The notes beneath the pieces are model-generated. The model saw nothing but the letters and a program-made list of their open reading frames with translations, was not told the DNA's origin and did not search any database. Positions 40,834-52,200 of a stretch of 59,857 bases of DNA are shown one piece after another; position 1 is the stretch's first letter; every line of letters begins with the position of its first letter. The stretch comes from Schmidtea nova (Eukaryota). Position numbers and translations under genes: made by a program. The stretch is taken from contig CM097882.1 in assembly GCA_044892505.1 (NCBI GenBank), positions 364,068,144-364,128,000 of the forward strand, read 5' to 3'.

Positions 40834-41190
40834 CTACGGCTCGTTTGTTGAATCTGGTTCTGGGTCATTTTCTGATCTGTTTATTGCCCAATTTGTCCAT
40901 CCATCCTCTGCTTCTTCTGTCTCTCCCATTGTTAAACGGTCTATCTCTATTGCTTGTCTCTGATTTATGTCGCTCATCACTTGATTCTCTCTGGTAAGTT
41001 GCGTTATCAATCTCTGTTGCTCCTCGATTCTGTGGAGTTGTTCAAAACTATTATTATAACTTTCGGATAACAAATTCTGTTTCTCAATTAACTGATTTTG
41101 TAGTGAGTTGATTGTTCGTATTAACATGTCACACTGGGCTTTCCATCGCATAGCCATAGTAGTTTCTGCTATTTCTTCCTGTTCGTTCAT
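40834..41190 (-). CDS. 118-aa coiled-coil protein of unknown function
   Basis: ATG with TAG 3 nt upstream; Q/E/L heptads; AATAAA at 40825-40830. Confidence 0.65.
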   Translation of the reverse strand: MNEQEEIAETTMAMRWKAQCDMLIRTINSLQNQLIEKQNLLSESYNNSFEQLHRIEEQQRLITQLTRENQVMSDINQRQAIEIDRLTMGETEEAEDGWTNWAINRSENDPEPDSTNEP

Positions 41191-41315
41191 TTTCTAAATT
41201 ATATACATTAATCGTTTTCTCGATTTCTCTTTTTATTTTTTTATAATATCGATACCCATACTATTACGGTAATGCATTGTTATTTACACTATTATTTACA
41301 GTCATATCCCGCCTC

Positions 41316-43262
41316 CTATATCACCATCACTGTCTTTCCTTCGTACCGCTCTTCATCTTCTATTTGTCTCCAAAATTCTTTACCTTTCGTCCTCCTTTGA
41401 AATTCTTTCTGTACTTCTTCCGGTAATTCTATTCTGTAGTTCATAATTTTTATATCTGGCCAATGTGTTATTGGTTTCTTGTTGAGTACATCGTATATCC
41501 ATATTATTAATAACACTGTTATTACTGGAATAGTTGCTGCTAGTATTCCTAGGCCAATTAGTTCTCTAACTTGTTTGTTTACGTCCATCTTCGTAATTTC
41601 ACTCTGGTTAATCATTGGTCCGTATTGTCCCTTTAGTTTATTTAGTAGTTGTTCTCGTTCTTGTTGTTTTCTTTTAACTTCTTTAATTACTTCTTCCGGC
41701 GTCCATCTTGCGTAAGGGTCTATTACTACTTGTTCTGCGTCCATTTGTTTCGTTGTCTGACTTAATTCTTTAAATTCGAGTTTTCTCACTTTCCCTTTGG
41801 ACGTTCAGTTTACCGGTGTGTAGTACGTTTCGCATCTTTCCTGCTGATTTCCCAATATGTCCGTCTTTTCTACCGCACATATCTCGTATTCTCTATTAAA
41901 TTTCAGATTTTTGATACTCATTTCTTCTTTTCCTTTTACGGTTTCGCAGTATCGTGGCTGTCTTTCTTTTTGTTCCTGAACTACTGCCCAACATATTTCT
42001 AACGTTTTATTGTCTATTCTCCATAGTATAAGAGTTGCTGTAGTATTCTTTTCGGTTTTTATTTGTATTTCTTGGTTTTTCCGTTGTCCATTAGGTTTAA
42101 AGGTAGTGGTATACCTCGCTTTTCCTTTGTTCCGTTGTCTTCTACTTTTTCGCGTTGTCTTTCCAACTCTTGTTCTGGTGGGTGTTTTATATAATTTGCA
42201 TTCCAATTCATTTACTGTTATTTTGTCGCTTTTCCTAATCAGGCATATTTCGTACGTTTGATTGCTTTCTAATCCTTCTATCTGTATTGTGGTTGTTCCT
42301 CTGTTTGTTCGACATTGCGGCGGTGTATTCTGGTTTGTTTTCCTTTCCTGCTTCTTCCAGCATACGCCTTTGACGTCCGGTTCTATTCCGGTTAACTCTA
42401 ACATTATAGTTGTTCTCCGTTTGGTGCGTATATTTCTTCTTCTTCTTCTTATGAACTTTATTGCTTCCCCAGGTTGAAATGTTTTACAAATTGTCGTTCC
42501 TTTCTTGTGTCTTTCTTTTTCTAGTAAACATAGTTCATACGTCCTGTCTGCTTTTACTTTTGATATCTTGGTTACTTTATTTGTTTTCCTTTTCCGACTC
42601 GTCTTTATTTCGCTTATGCCAATTTCTTCGTTGTTTCTGGCCCAACACTTTGGGTTGGTATTTTGGGTGTCGTTCATCTCTGTTACTGCCATTGTGTCAA
42701 TGTCTATCCCTTCTTCTAACCGTTTTAACATTGTTAATATGAGTGCTAGACATAGTAATTCTGTTTGATAGGTCACTCTTTCGGTTTCATTTGTGGTTAC
42801 TCTTACTTCGGGCTTGTCTATGGTAATTCGTATAGTTGGCGTTGTTCGTCTGTCTATTGTCTGGGGTTTTTTGTTTTTTGTTCCTTGGGTCTCCGTTTTT
42901 CCACACTTTCCTACGACGTAGTCTCCTTTGGCTGACTGCTGTACTGTTATGGTTACTTTGGGTGTTAGGTAATTTGCACATGCAATTGTGTTGTGTGATC
43001 TTGGATTCTTTTGTTTTCTGATGGTGCATATTTTGTACCAAGTATCTAGCTCTAAGTCATCGATCTCTATGATTTCTTGTTCGTATTCTGAAATCCTGCA
43101 ATCCATTGGACTATTTTGTCCCGAGATTTTGTCCTTTTTCGACCAACATACTCGTTCGATTCCTTTTGCGTTTCTAATTTGTATTGTCGCTCTTTCTTCA
43201 CATATCATTCCTTGAGTTGGACTAATTAAGGTCATGACTATCGTTAGTAATAATAGTTCTGG
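41316..43262 (-). CDS. Predicted surface protein: signal peptide, 3-4 Cys-containing FN3-like repeats, coiled coil and TM (in-frame TGA at 41805-41807)
   Basis: PELLLLTIVMTLISPTQG signal-like segment; repeats of CW...C...I-x-I-x-x-L-x-x-(N/D)-x-x-YEIC...C-x-x-Y-x-TP; RTKR dibasic site; the frame continues into ORF 41316-41789 with TM LIGLGILAATIPVITVLLIIWIY. Confidence 0.7.
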
Positions 43263-46200
43263 TTAAAAGAATGGGTTTATTGTTTGTTTGTAGCCTGTTC
43301 TTTTTGCTTCGTTTTTATTTTTATAGTTGTTGTGTCTTTGTTTCCCAAATTCGTTTTTCTTATCATTTTTCTCTGTGTTCCTTCCTTTCTCTTCACTGTC
43401 CTCTTTATCTGATAACTCATGATCCTCTGGATTTTCTCGAGTACTATCGTCGTCGCTTCCTGTATTGTCGCCTCCCCTTTGGTCGTTGAAAATGTCGTCC
43501 TCGACATTAATTGCTTCTATCATTTTTTCATACGTTATGGTTGTGAGTATACTTGCTTCATATTCTTGTGTTTCTGCCTGCTTAGGTATTTCCTTATCGG
43601 TTAATTTACAATCTAGAATCTCTTTCTTGGCTTTTATCCAATTATTAAGGTACGTTTTCATTAGTTCTTTCCATTTGTCCGTACGTTCTGTTTCCTTTGG
43701 GTTGTTTGTGAATCGTAAATCTTTTCTTCTCATGAAGATGTCTATTATCTTTGGCCATTTGTTTATTATTAATGCACACTTTATATACAAATTTTTGCCT
43801 TGTTCCATGAACTCGTTGATCCGGAATGCTGGTTCATTGGTGTTTGGGTTCGTCCAATTGAGTATTGCTTCGGTTAGTTCAACGTTATGCATCATGGAAT
43901 GTACGCTAGCTTTTTTAACTGTCCTTGTAAGATATTCTATTTCCTCCTGATTTGTGATTGTTTTTATAAAATTTATCACCTCCCAATTGTGCGTTAACAA
44001 CGCTACGTCTAGTATTGAGCTGTCTTTGTTAGTTCTCCCCATGAGTCCTGCACCTGCTTCGTACAGTTCCTGTAACACTCGGGTTTTTGTGTTCGCTCTT
44101 GCTGCGAATATCATGAGGGTATCCCCCTTTTTATCTTTCATGTTCATGTCACTTCCGCAATCTTGCATCAACCGTGCAATTTCGACTACCCTCCTATCTT
44201 TTCCTGCTCGTAAGGCTCTATGTATTGGCAATACCCCATTCTTTGTTAATAAGAAAGTCACTGGCATTTCTCTTTTTATGATCATCATATCGTTTTCATT
44301 GTATGTTCCTTCCGCGTATGCGTGTATCTTTTCCACAATTGCTCCGAGTATCTCCAGTGTATGTTTAGAATTTTCGAATTCTGGTAATAGTTCTTTTGCT
44401 TTGTCCTGTATCGCATCCAACCTTTCTTGATATGGTACCTCTGCGCTGAAAAGTGGTGTAAATTTCCTTTTGCTTTCTCTTTCCTTTCGACATAGGAATT
44501 GTTTGCATTTCTCGGGGTGGTTTAGTATGTCTACTAGTTTGTCATACTCTTCCTCCACCGTTTTGTATTTATCTTGAAAATTGGATATATCTTTGTAAGT
44601 TATCGTCTTGGTTAGCGATTTTGCACACCATTCCCTAATTTTTCTGAATAATGCTTCTTTTTCACTTTCGAATTTACACTCCTCTTTGTTTTTGGAAATT
44701 ATGATATTTCTTCTGTCTAATAACGTTAACAGTGCTTTCTGGTCACAAACGAATTTTAATAGGAATTGTAATAACGCGTTTTGTCCTTCACTGTATACCT
44801 CGTTTATATTTAACACCCATGTATCATTTTCAGATCTTTTCCATTTTATTAGCTTGCGTATTGTTTTGCAGTTACCGATTTTTATTGCTTCCTTTATTAT
44901 ATCACCCTTGATCAGTTCGTCTATTTCCCAAGTGGCCTTCTCGATTATTTGTTTGAGCATTATCTGATTTGAGCTCCATATTACGTGATTCAAGACTGTT
45001 TTGTTTTCTCTATCGCGTTCCGTCCAGTTGAAATCGGCATTTATCAAAAGATCTATTATTGCTTTATCCGATTTGTAGATGGCTGCTACCATTAATGGTG
45101 TTTCTTGTTCGCTATTCCCAAAACCAAGGTGTTGGTTTGTTTCCTTTGCGATTTTTAGAAATTCTTTTACTCTCTCTACTTCTCCCCATTTTATGGCGTT
45201 ATGTAATGCTGGTTGTCCTCCTATGTCTTCTAGTGAAAGTATTTCTGGAATTTTTTCCATTAGTTCTGAAATGACTGGTTTTGTTGGTAGTCCCCTTGCG
45301 TAATCACTAATTATCGACTGAATATCCCTTAATATATCGTCTCTGACATGCCATCTTCCCATTATTTCTCTGGCTTTTAGTACGATTTCCTTGTTTCTTT
45401 TTTTCTGTTGCTTGTTTTCTGCTTCGATAATTTCATTGGTTGCTCTGAGCATATTCATTCTGGCTGTCTGGGATCTGGTTATTATTCGTTCTTCTGGCGC
45501 TGTGGTTATTGTTTTAGGTACTTTCTTACATCTGCATGTATTAACGTATATTGGTCGTATCAATGGTCGATTAACAAGTTTTACCTTCACATTGTTTTCC
45601 TTTTTGTATATAACTTCGTAAGGGCCTTTTCCTGGTCTTTGTAGTTTTTTAACGGTTCCTGGTATTATTTCTGGGGTTTCTATCATTACCCAATCTCCTG
45701 GTTTAAGATCATTTGTTTTAACGTTTTTCTTTTGATCGTGTAGGTCCTTGTAACTTTCTTGATAAAACTTTATGTTTAGTTCTGCTGTCTTCCATATCTC
45801 TTGCATTCGTTCTTTGAATTTGGTGACGTAATCATCTTCCTCCATATATTGAGACAAAGGTGGTTGATATTCAAGATCTATTGGCATATTGCATTCCCTT
45901 CCATACATTAATTGAAATGGACTCAATTTTGTTGCTGCGTGTATCGACATTCGGTATGCCATTAGACATAGCTTTATGTACTCATCCCAATCTGTTTGGT
46001 GTTTGCTTACATAATTGGATAACATTCGAATCAATGTGCCGTTAAATCTTTCCGTTTGTCCATTAGTTTGCGGATGATATGGTGACGTTCGTAATTTGGC
46101 TATTCTGAAGTAGTTTGTTACCTCGTCTAATATTTCGCTCATAAAATTTGTCCCTTGATCTGTCAGTATTTGTTTCGGGGTTCCATATCGGCAACATATT

Positions 46201-49200
46201 TCCTCTACTAAACTTCTTGCTACGATCTTTGCTTTTTGATCCGGCATCGCAAATGCCTCAGGGAATTTAGTCAAATAATCCGTTATTACCAATATATATT
46301 GATTCCCGTTTAAACTTTCTGGCAATGGTCCTATTACATCCATCGCAATGGTAGTCATTGGTTCCGCTGGTATTGGCATGGGTTTTAAGGGATTTTTCCA
46401 TTTCTTCCCACTATCCTTTCTTGTGGCACAAGTTAAACAGTTCTTTATCCATTCCTTTACGTCCTCGTTCATTGTTGGCCAATAATATTTTTGTCTCATG
46501 CGATCTAATGTTTTCTTATCGGACATATGTCCTCCCAACTTTCCGTCGTGGTATTGAGTTATTATCTCTTTTCGTCTATTGCCTGGCAGACACATTAATC
46601 GTTTTTCTCCATCTTGTATTAACAACCATCCTTTTTCTATTGTGTATCGATGTTGGTATTTCCTCATGTGTTCTTTTAACTCCGCATTGTCTTTGAATAC
46701 ATCCATATTTCGTGAGCTTAGGAATTCTATGATGGGTCTTAGTTCTTTATCCTCTTGCTGATCTTTCTTTAACTCACTGAAATCCAAATCCTCTGCTATC
46801 ACTATGCATATTCTTTGCACTTCTGGGTCTGTTAGTTCTGGAAACGTTAATCTTGACATGCAATCTGCGTTGGCATTCGCTTTTCCTGATTTGAATTTTA
46901 TATCTGGTGAATATTCTTGTAATTGCATCGCCCATCTCATTAACCTGCTGGATGTTTCCTTATGTTGTCCTAGCCATACAAGTGGTTGATGGTCTGTGGT
47001 TATGCATATAATGTGTCCCCATAATAGATATTTGAAGTGTTTTATTGCTAATATTATTGCCAATGCTTCTCTTTCCGTTACTGAATAATTCTTCTCGTGT
47101 TTCTTGAATGTTCTGCTATAATATCCGATTACTCGCTCTTTACCTTCGTCATCATATTGTCCTAATACTGCTCCTGCTGCATATCCACTTGCGTCGGTTG
47201 CGAGTAAAAATGGCTTTTTGAAATCCGGGTGAACCAATATTGGTGCAGTTATTAGCTTATCTCTCAATGTTTCAAAGGCTGTTTGTTGTTCGCTTCCCCA
47301 TATGAACGATACGTCTTTCTTTACTAGCTCCTGGATTGGTTTTGCAATTCCTGCGTAATCCTTTATGAACTTTCTATAGTAACCGCATAATCCGAGAAAT
47401 TCTTGGATCTGCGTTATAGTCTTTGGTATTGGACATTCTTTTACTTTATCAATGTTTCTGGGATCCGGTTCCTTTCCTTTTGCGGACACAATATGTCCTA
47501 AAAATGTCACTTTCTCTTTTGCCCAATCGCATTTCGATGGTTTGAGCTTGAGTTTCCATTGTCTCAATCTCACAAATACATCTCTGATATCTTGGATGTG
47601 TTGTTCAAATGTGCTTGAGTAGATTAGTAGGTCATCAATGTAAACCATGCATTGTTTTATGCCGTGGGTAACGAAATTCATACATCTTTGAAATGATGCT
47701 GGCGCATTGGTTAGTCCGAATGGCATTTTCCTAAACTGGTACAAGTCTCTTCCGATAGTGAAAGCAGTTTTCTCTTTGTCTTCCTCCTTCATTTTAATTT
47801 GCCAGTATCCGCTTTTCAAATCCAATGATGTAAAATATGCCGCTCCTTGTAATGTCAATAACATCTCGTTGATGTCCGGTAATGGGTATGTATCCCTTTT
47901 TGTAACTGCATTTAATCTCCGAAAATCAATACAAAATCGTTGTGTTCCGTCTTTCTTTTTCACCATTACGACTGGGAATTGCCATGGTGAGCAGCTGGGT
48001 TCAATTACTTCTGCGTCTAGCATTTTCTGTACCTCTGCTTCTGCTACTGATTTTTGCGCTTCAGCTAACTTGTATGGTCTTAACGCAATCGGCGTTTCGT
48101 CTGTTAGTGGAATCGTATGTAGTGTGACGTCGCATGTCCCTAGATCTAAATCGGATGCTGCGAATATGTCTTTATATTCTATCAGTAATCTTTCTAGCTG
48201 TTTCTTTTGATCCTCATTCAATAGTTGGCTATCAATGTTCCAAGTGGGTTCTTCCTCTTTTACTCCTTCTTTTATTGGTATTTCGATATCTATCATTGGA
48301 GTTAGTTTACCCAATCTTTCATTTTCATAAATTATTTTATCCTCTTCATCGAAATTTACTACATTTATTGGGATTTCTCCGTTGTCATTCGCACTCACTA
48401 ATCCCCTTGCCATTGGCAACGACTTTCTCTTTTCAAATCTTTTACTGGGTTCAAAGATCATGTCACCTTCTATTGTGGGATCTATTTTTACGAAGCATAT
48501 TTTCTCTCTCCGTGCTGGTACGATTATTTGTTTCGAACTTGTTACTTTTGCTTCTATTGCGCATATCTGTCCTGTCCTATCCTTTAATCTCATTGTTCCG
48601 AGATCAATAACTATTTCTTTAAATAATGCTGGCATCAGATCCGTGCCTATAATGCATGGTACGCTTAGTGCTGGTATTACTGCTACGAACGTTTCGATTT
48701 CTGTGTTTTGATGTTTTATATTCACCCACCATCTTCCTGCAACTTCTACTACTTCTTTACTGCATGCTATTACATGAACGTTGGTTCTCTCAATATCCCG
48801 TCTTTGTTCTTGTGGTATCCATTTTATATCTATTGCTGAGATATTTGCTCCTGTATCAATCATCGCTTCAATTTCCCTTCCGTTAATTTCGATTGTTGTA
48901 GTTAATACTGGACCGGTGTTTGATGACATTACTGCAATTGTATGTGAGTCTCCTTGCGGATCTACGCTTCTGCACCGTCTTGTTCTATAGTCTTCTGGTA
49001 TCATAGGATATATGTTTGTCATCGGCATCATTTGCATTGTATTTTGTCTCATCCCTGGTGTTGGTTCTTGGTACATGGTTGGTGGGGGTGCGTAACACTT
49101 CCACATTTCGGCTGGATTCTTTTCGACGTACTGTGGTACTTGATTTTTAAATACTTGACCTCCTTCGTTATCATCATCATCGTCGTCACTGGAATCGTCT

Positions 49201-52200
49201 TGGGTTCTGTACCCTTTCATTCTTTCCCATAGTCCTTTTCTCTCTTTCTTTAGTTGTTGTCTTGCTTGCTCGTTATTCATTATCTTTTTAAATTTTCGTC
49301 CCACTTCTTCATCGGTTCCTTTCATTTTTGCCAGTATTTTTAGGAGTCTTTTTATTCGGTGAATATCTTTTGAATGACCGTGTAATACCATTGTTTTAGC
49401 CAAAAATGGTAAGAATCCTACCACCAATTTCCAATTTACTTTCTTTTCTCGTTTATAGATGTCAAAACAGGCTAACATTTGCGTTATTATTACCCGTATT
49501 ATTTGTATAATTAGTATAACACCAAGTATACCTGCCATCATTTGTCCAAATATTAAAAATCTTCCCCACATCGCTTTCATCATGTTTTCCGTTGCCTTCT
49601 TAAAGTGGGCTGGTGACAATAATAATTCGTAATTTGGTCCACCTTGGTAATTTGTTCCTCCTGTTATTGTTACAATACTGGATAACACCGCTTCCCTTCT
49701 TGCTGGAAATAGTATGTTTTGTCTTGCTGCTTCTAAATCCTTTGCGCTATAGAATCCCATATTACTTACATCCACGTCTTTAAATTTTCGTCCTTTTGAT
49801 AGTTGCATCAATTCAAATTCCCTTGGTGCTGGTACCTCTGTTCTTGACGGAAACATAACCCAATTCCCGTCTGGTTTTTGGTATAGTGGTCCATATGCGT
49901 TGCTGCAATTGAAAGGGTTTGGTTCGAAGTTTACTGGATTTATGATTCTTGTCACTGGTTGCACATATCTTACTTTCCCTTTATATTCGATTTCTAGTTC
50001 GTTAGTACACTGACCTGGTTGTAGTTTTGTCATTGTCGCTACTTTCGCGTTTGTCTTTTTACATATGTATACGTACATGACCTCTCCGACTACCCTTCCA
50101 AAATGACCTTCTCTTAATGGTAATAGTGGCATTGCACTATCCGGGTTTGTGATTGCTACTGCTAGTTTTGTCTTTAATATTTCCCTATTTAATATACAAT
50201 CGTTATTTATTAAATCGTAATACACTTTTTGTAGTGACGCTTGTCCTCTATGGAATAGAAAATCCATTTTATTGTTCATGTAAAGGTGTAATTTAACATC
50301 GTTCGTGTGCACTTTGCGTTTCGCACTAGGTACTTCTTGTTTTGATACAAAAATGCCGGGGTAGTTGGTTTCCAACATGGCTACTCCGCATTTCAAGGCT
50401 GTTTTTCCTTTTACAAACCTCATTCCGATATCTGCATCTGAGGTAATTAGTACCGTTGGTGTATTTCTCATTTTAATTTGTTTTTCTTGTGTTCGGGTTT
50501 CAATCTTTTTCTCTCCCCGTACTGTGTCTTGAAGTATTTTTCCTCTTGCTGCCTCGTCTTCTTCTTCCTCTTGGAAGGTTTTCCCTTGTATCTCATCGAA
50601 TTCTGCTTCCTTTAGTAGTTGTAGTTGACATTCCTTTCCTCGTATCTGGTATGTTAGGGTTGACATACCCGTCTGACAAGTGTTTGACTCGATTTTGCAC
50701 ATTGGTAGGGTTTTCATTTCTCCCGTTGTTGGATCGAAGAATGTCTCGTACGTTTTTAATTCCACTGTATAAGTATCTATTACTACTAGGTTGGTTGCTG
50801 CTACTCCGAATATTGGATATGTTGCTCCTTGGCAATACCCTTCTCCTCCAGTAATAGCTCCTGCTACATAATATGTTTGTTGCAATATCACTCCCGTTTT
50901 TCCTCTTATCTTTACTCTATCTCTAGTCTCTACTTCTCCATGTTTGAATAATTTTTCACAGTCTTCTCCTTGCAGCATTACCGACTCTCTTTCCGTTCCT
51001 GGCATCACGATTGCTGAATAATGGCGGTGCCCACAATAAAAAGCAAATCTGGTTTTATAAACTTTGCATTCCCTGACCATTGTTCTTATCAGTTCCGCTT
51101 CCTGATATACGTGGTATAATTGCCTCTTTTTTAACGTTTTTAGTTCCGTTGGGGTTGCGTTTTTACATTGTTCTATCCCTCGTAATGAGTATTTTTCACC
51201 TAATGCCATTTGATCGCAATCGAATACTTCGAATGCTGTTGCGCCGTCAGTACTAATCATCCATATTAGCATCATCATAATGATGGAACTCAGGTTTAGT
51301 GTCGATTTTCCGTTTCCTGTTCCCGACTTTTCCTTTTCCAATTCTCCCAATATCTCTTCGAATTTCTTTTTCATATTTTCGGCTTGGTTTTTCTTTTGGT
51401 TTGTTTTTGTGAATATTTCCCATCCTCCTTTACTGATGATGTACGGTTCTATTTCCTTCTCTATAATTTTGGCTGTATTCTTTATATGTCTTTCAAGTGC
51501 TGTGGGTTTCAGTCGACCTCTACTCAGTGTCAGCAGATTGTAAATGGTGTATGCCATAGCTATTAAATATTTGTTATCCGTCTCTGCTCCTTCCGTTAAC
51601 TTCTTTATCAACATCGTGGTTCCTTGCCAATCTAGGTGGTTTGACCTTGTCTTTTCTTTTATTAGTTCTGGTAGGATTGGTGCGATGGCGCTATGCAGTG
51701 ATTTCGCCCTTTCGCTTATTTCGTTTATTCTCCACCATTTCTTTAATTCCGGATCGATTATTGCCAGTATTTCCATTAACATCTTTGATATCCATTCTTC
51801 GCCTTGGTATGTTTGTGTTGTTTCTTTTTCTTTCGTTTCGGCTATTTTATTTAGTTTCTTTAGACACAAATCCCATTGATTCCGTCTTTTTTCCTCTCTT
51901 GATTTTATAACTACATTTGCTGGATCCATCTTGGGTCTACCCCTAGGTCGTTTATCCATTGTCGTGCCCGTTTCTACTAATCTTGTTTCTCGTCCAGTTT
52001 TTTCTGTGACGTCTCTTGGTTCATTGGCTCTTTCTTCTAACCATCTTTCCATTTCTTGTGTGAATTGTACATTTTCTACATTTGCCCTCCTTGCTTCCTC
52101 TTCTGCTATTTCATTTACTTCTTCTATGATTATTTCTTGTTCGACTTCATCTTCGGTGTTGGTTACCGGTATTGCTGTTGGTAATTCTTGAATTCTTTCG

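Noticed and set aside
49060-49105. Late-domain-like YAPPPTMY in the Env cytoplasmic region
   Set aside because: Does not match PPxY, PTAP or YPxL spacing.
51300-51335. Walker A-like SGTGNGKST
   Set aside because: Spacing does not fit [AG]x4GK[ST], there is no Walker B, and it runs straight into the signal peptide.
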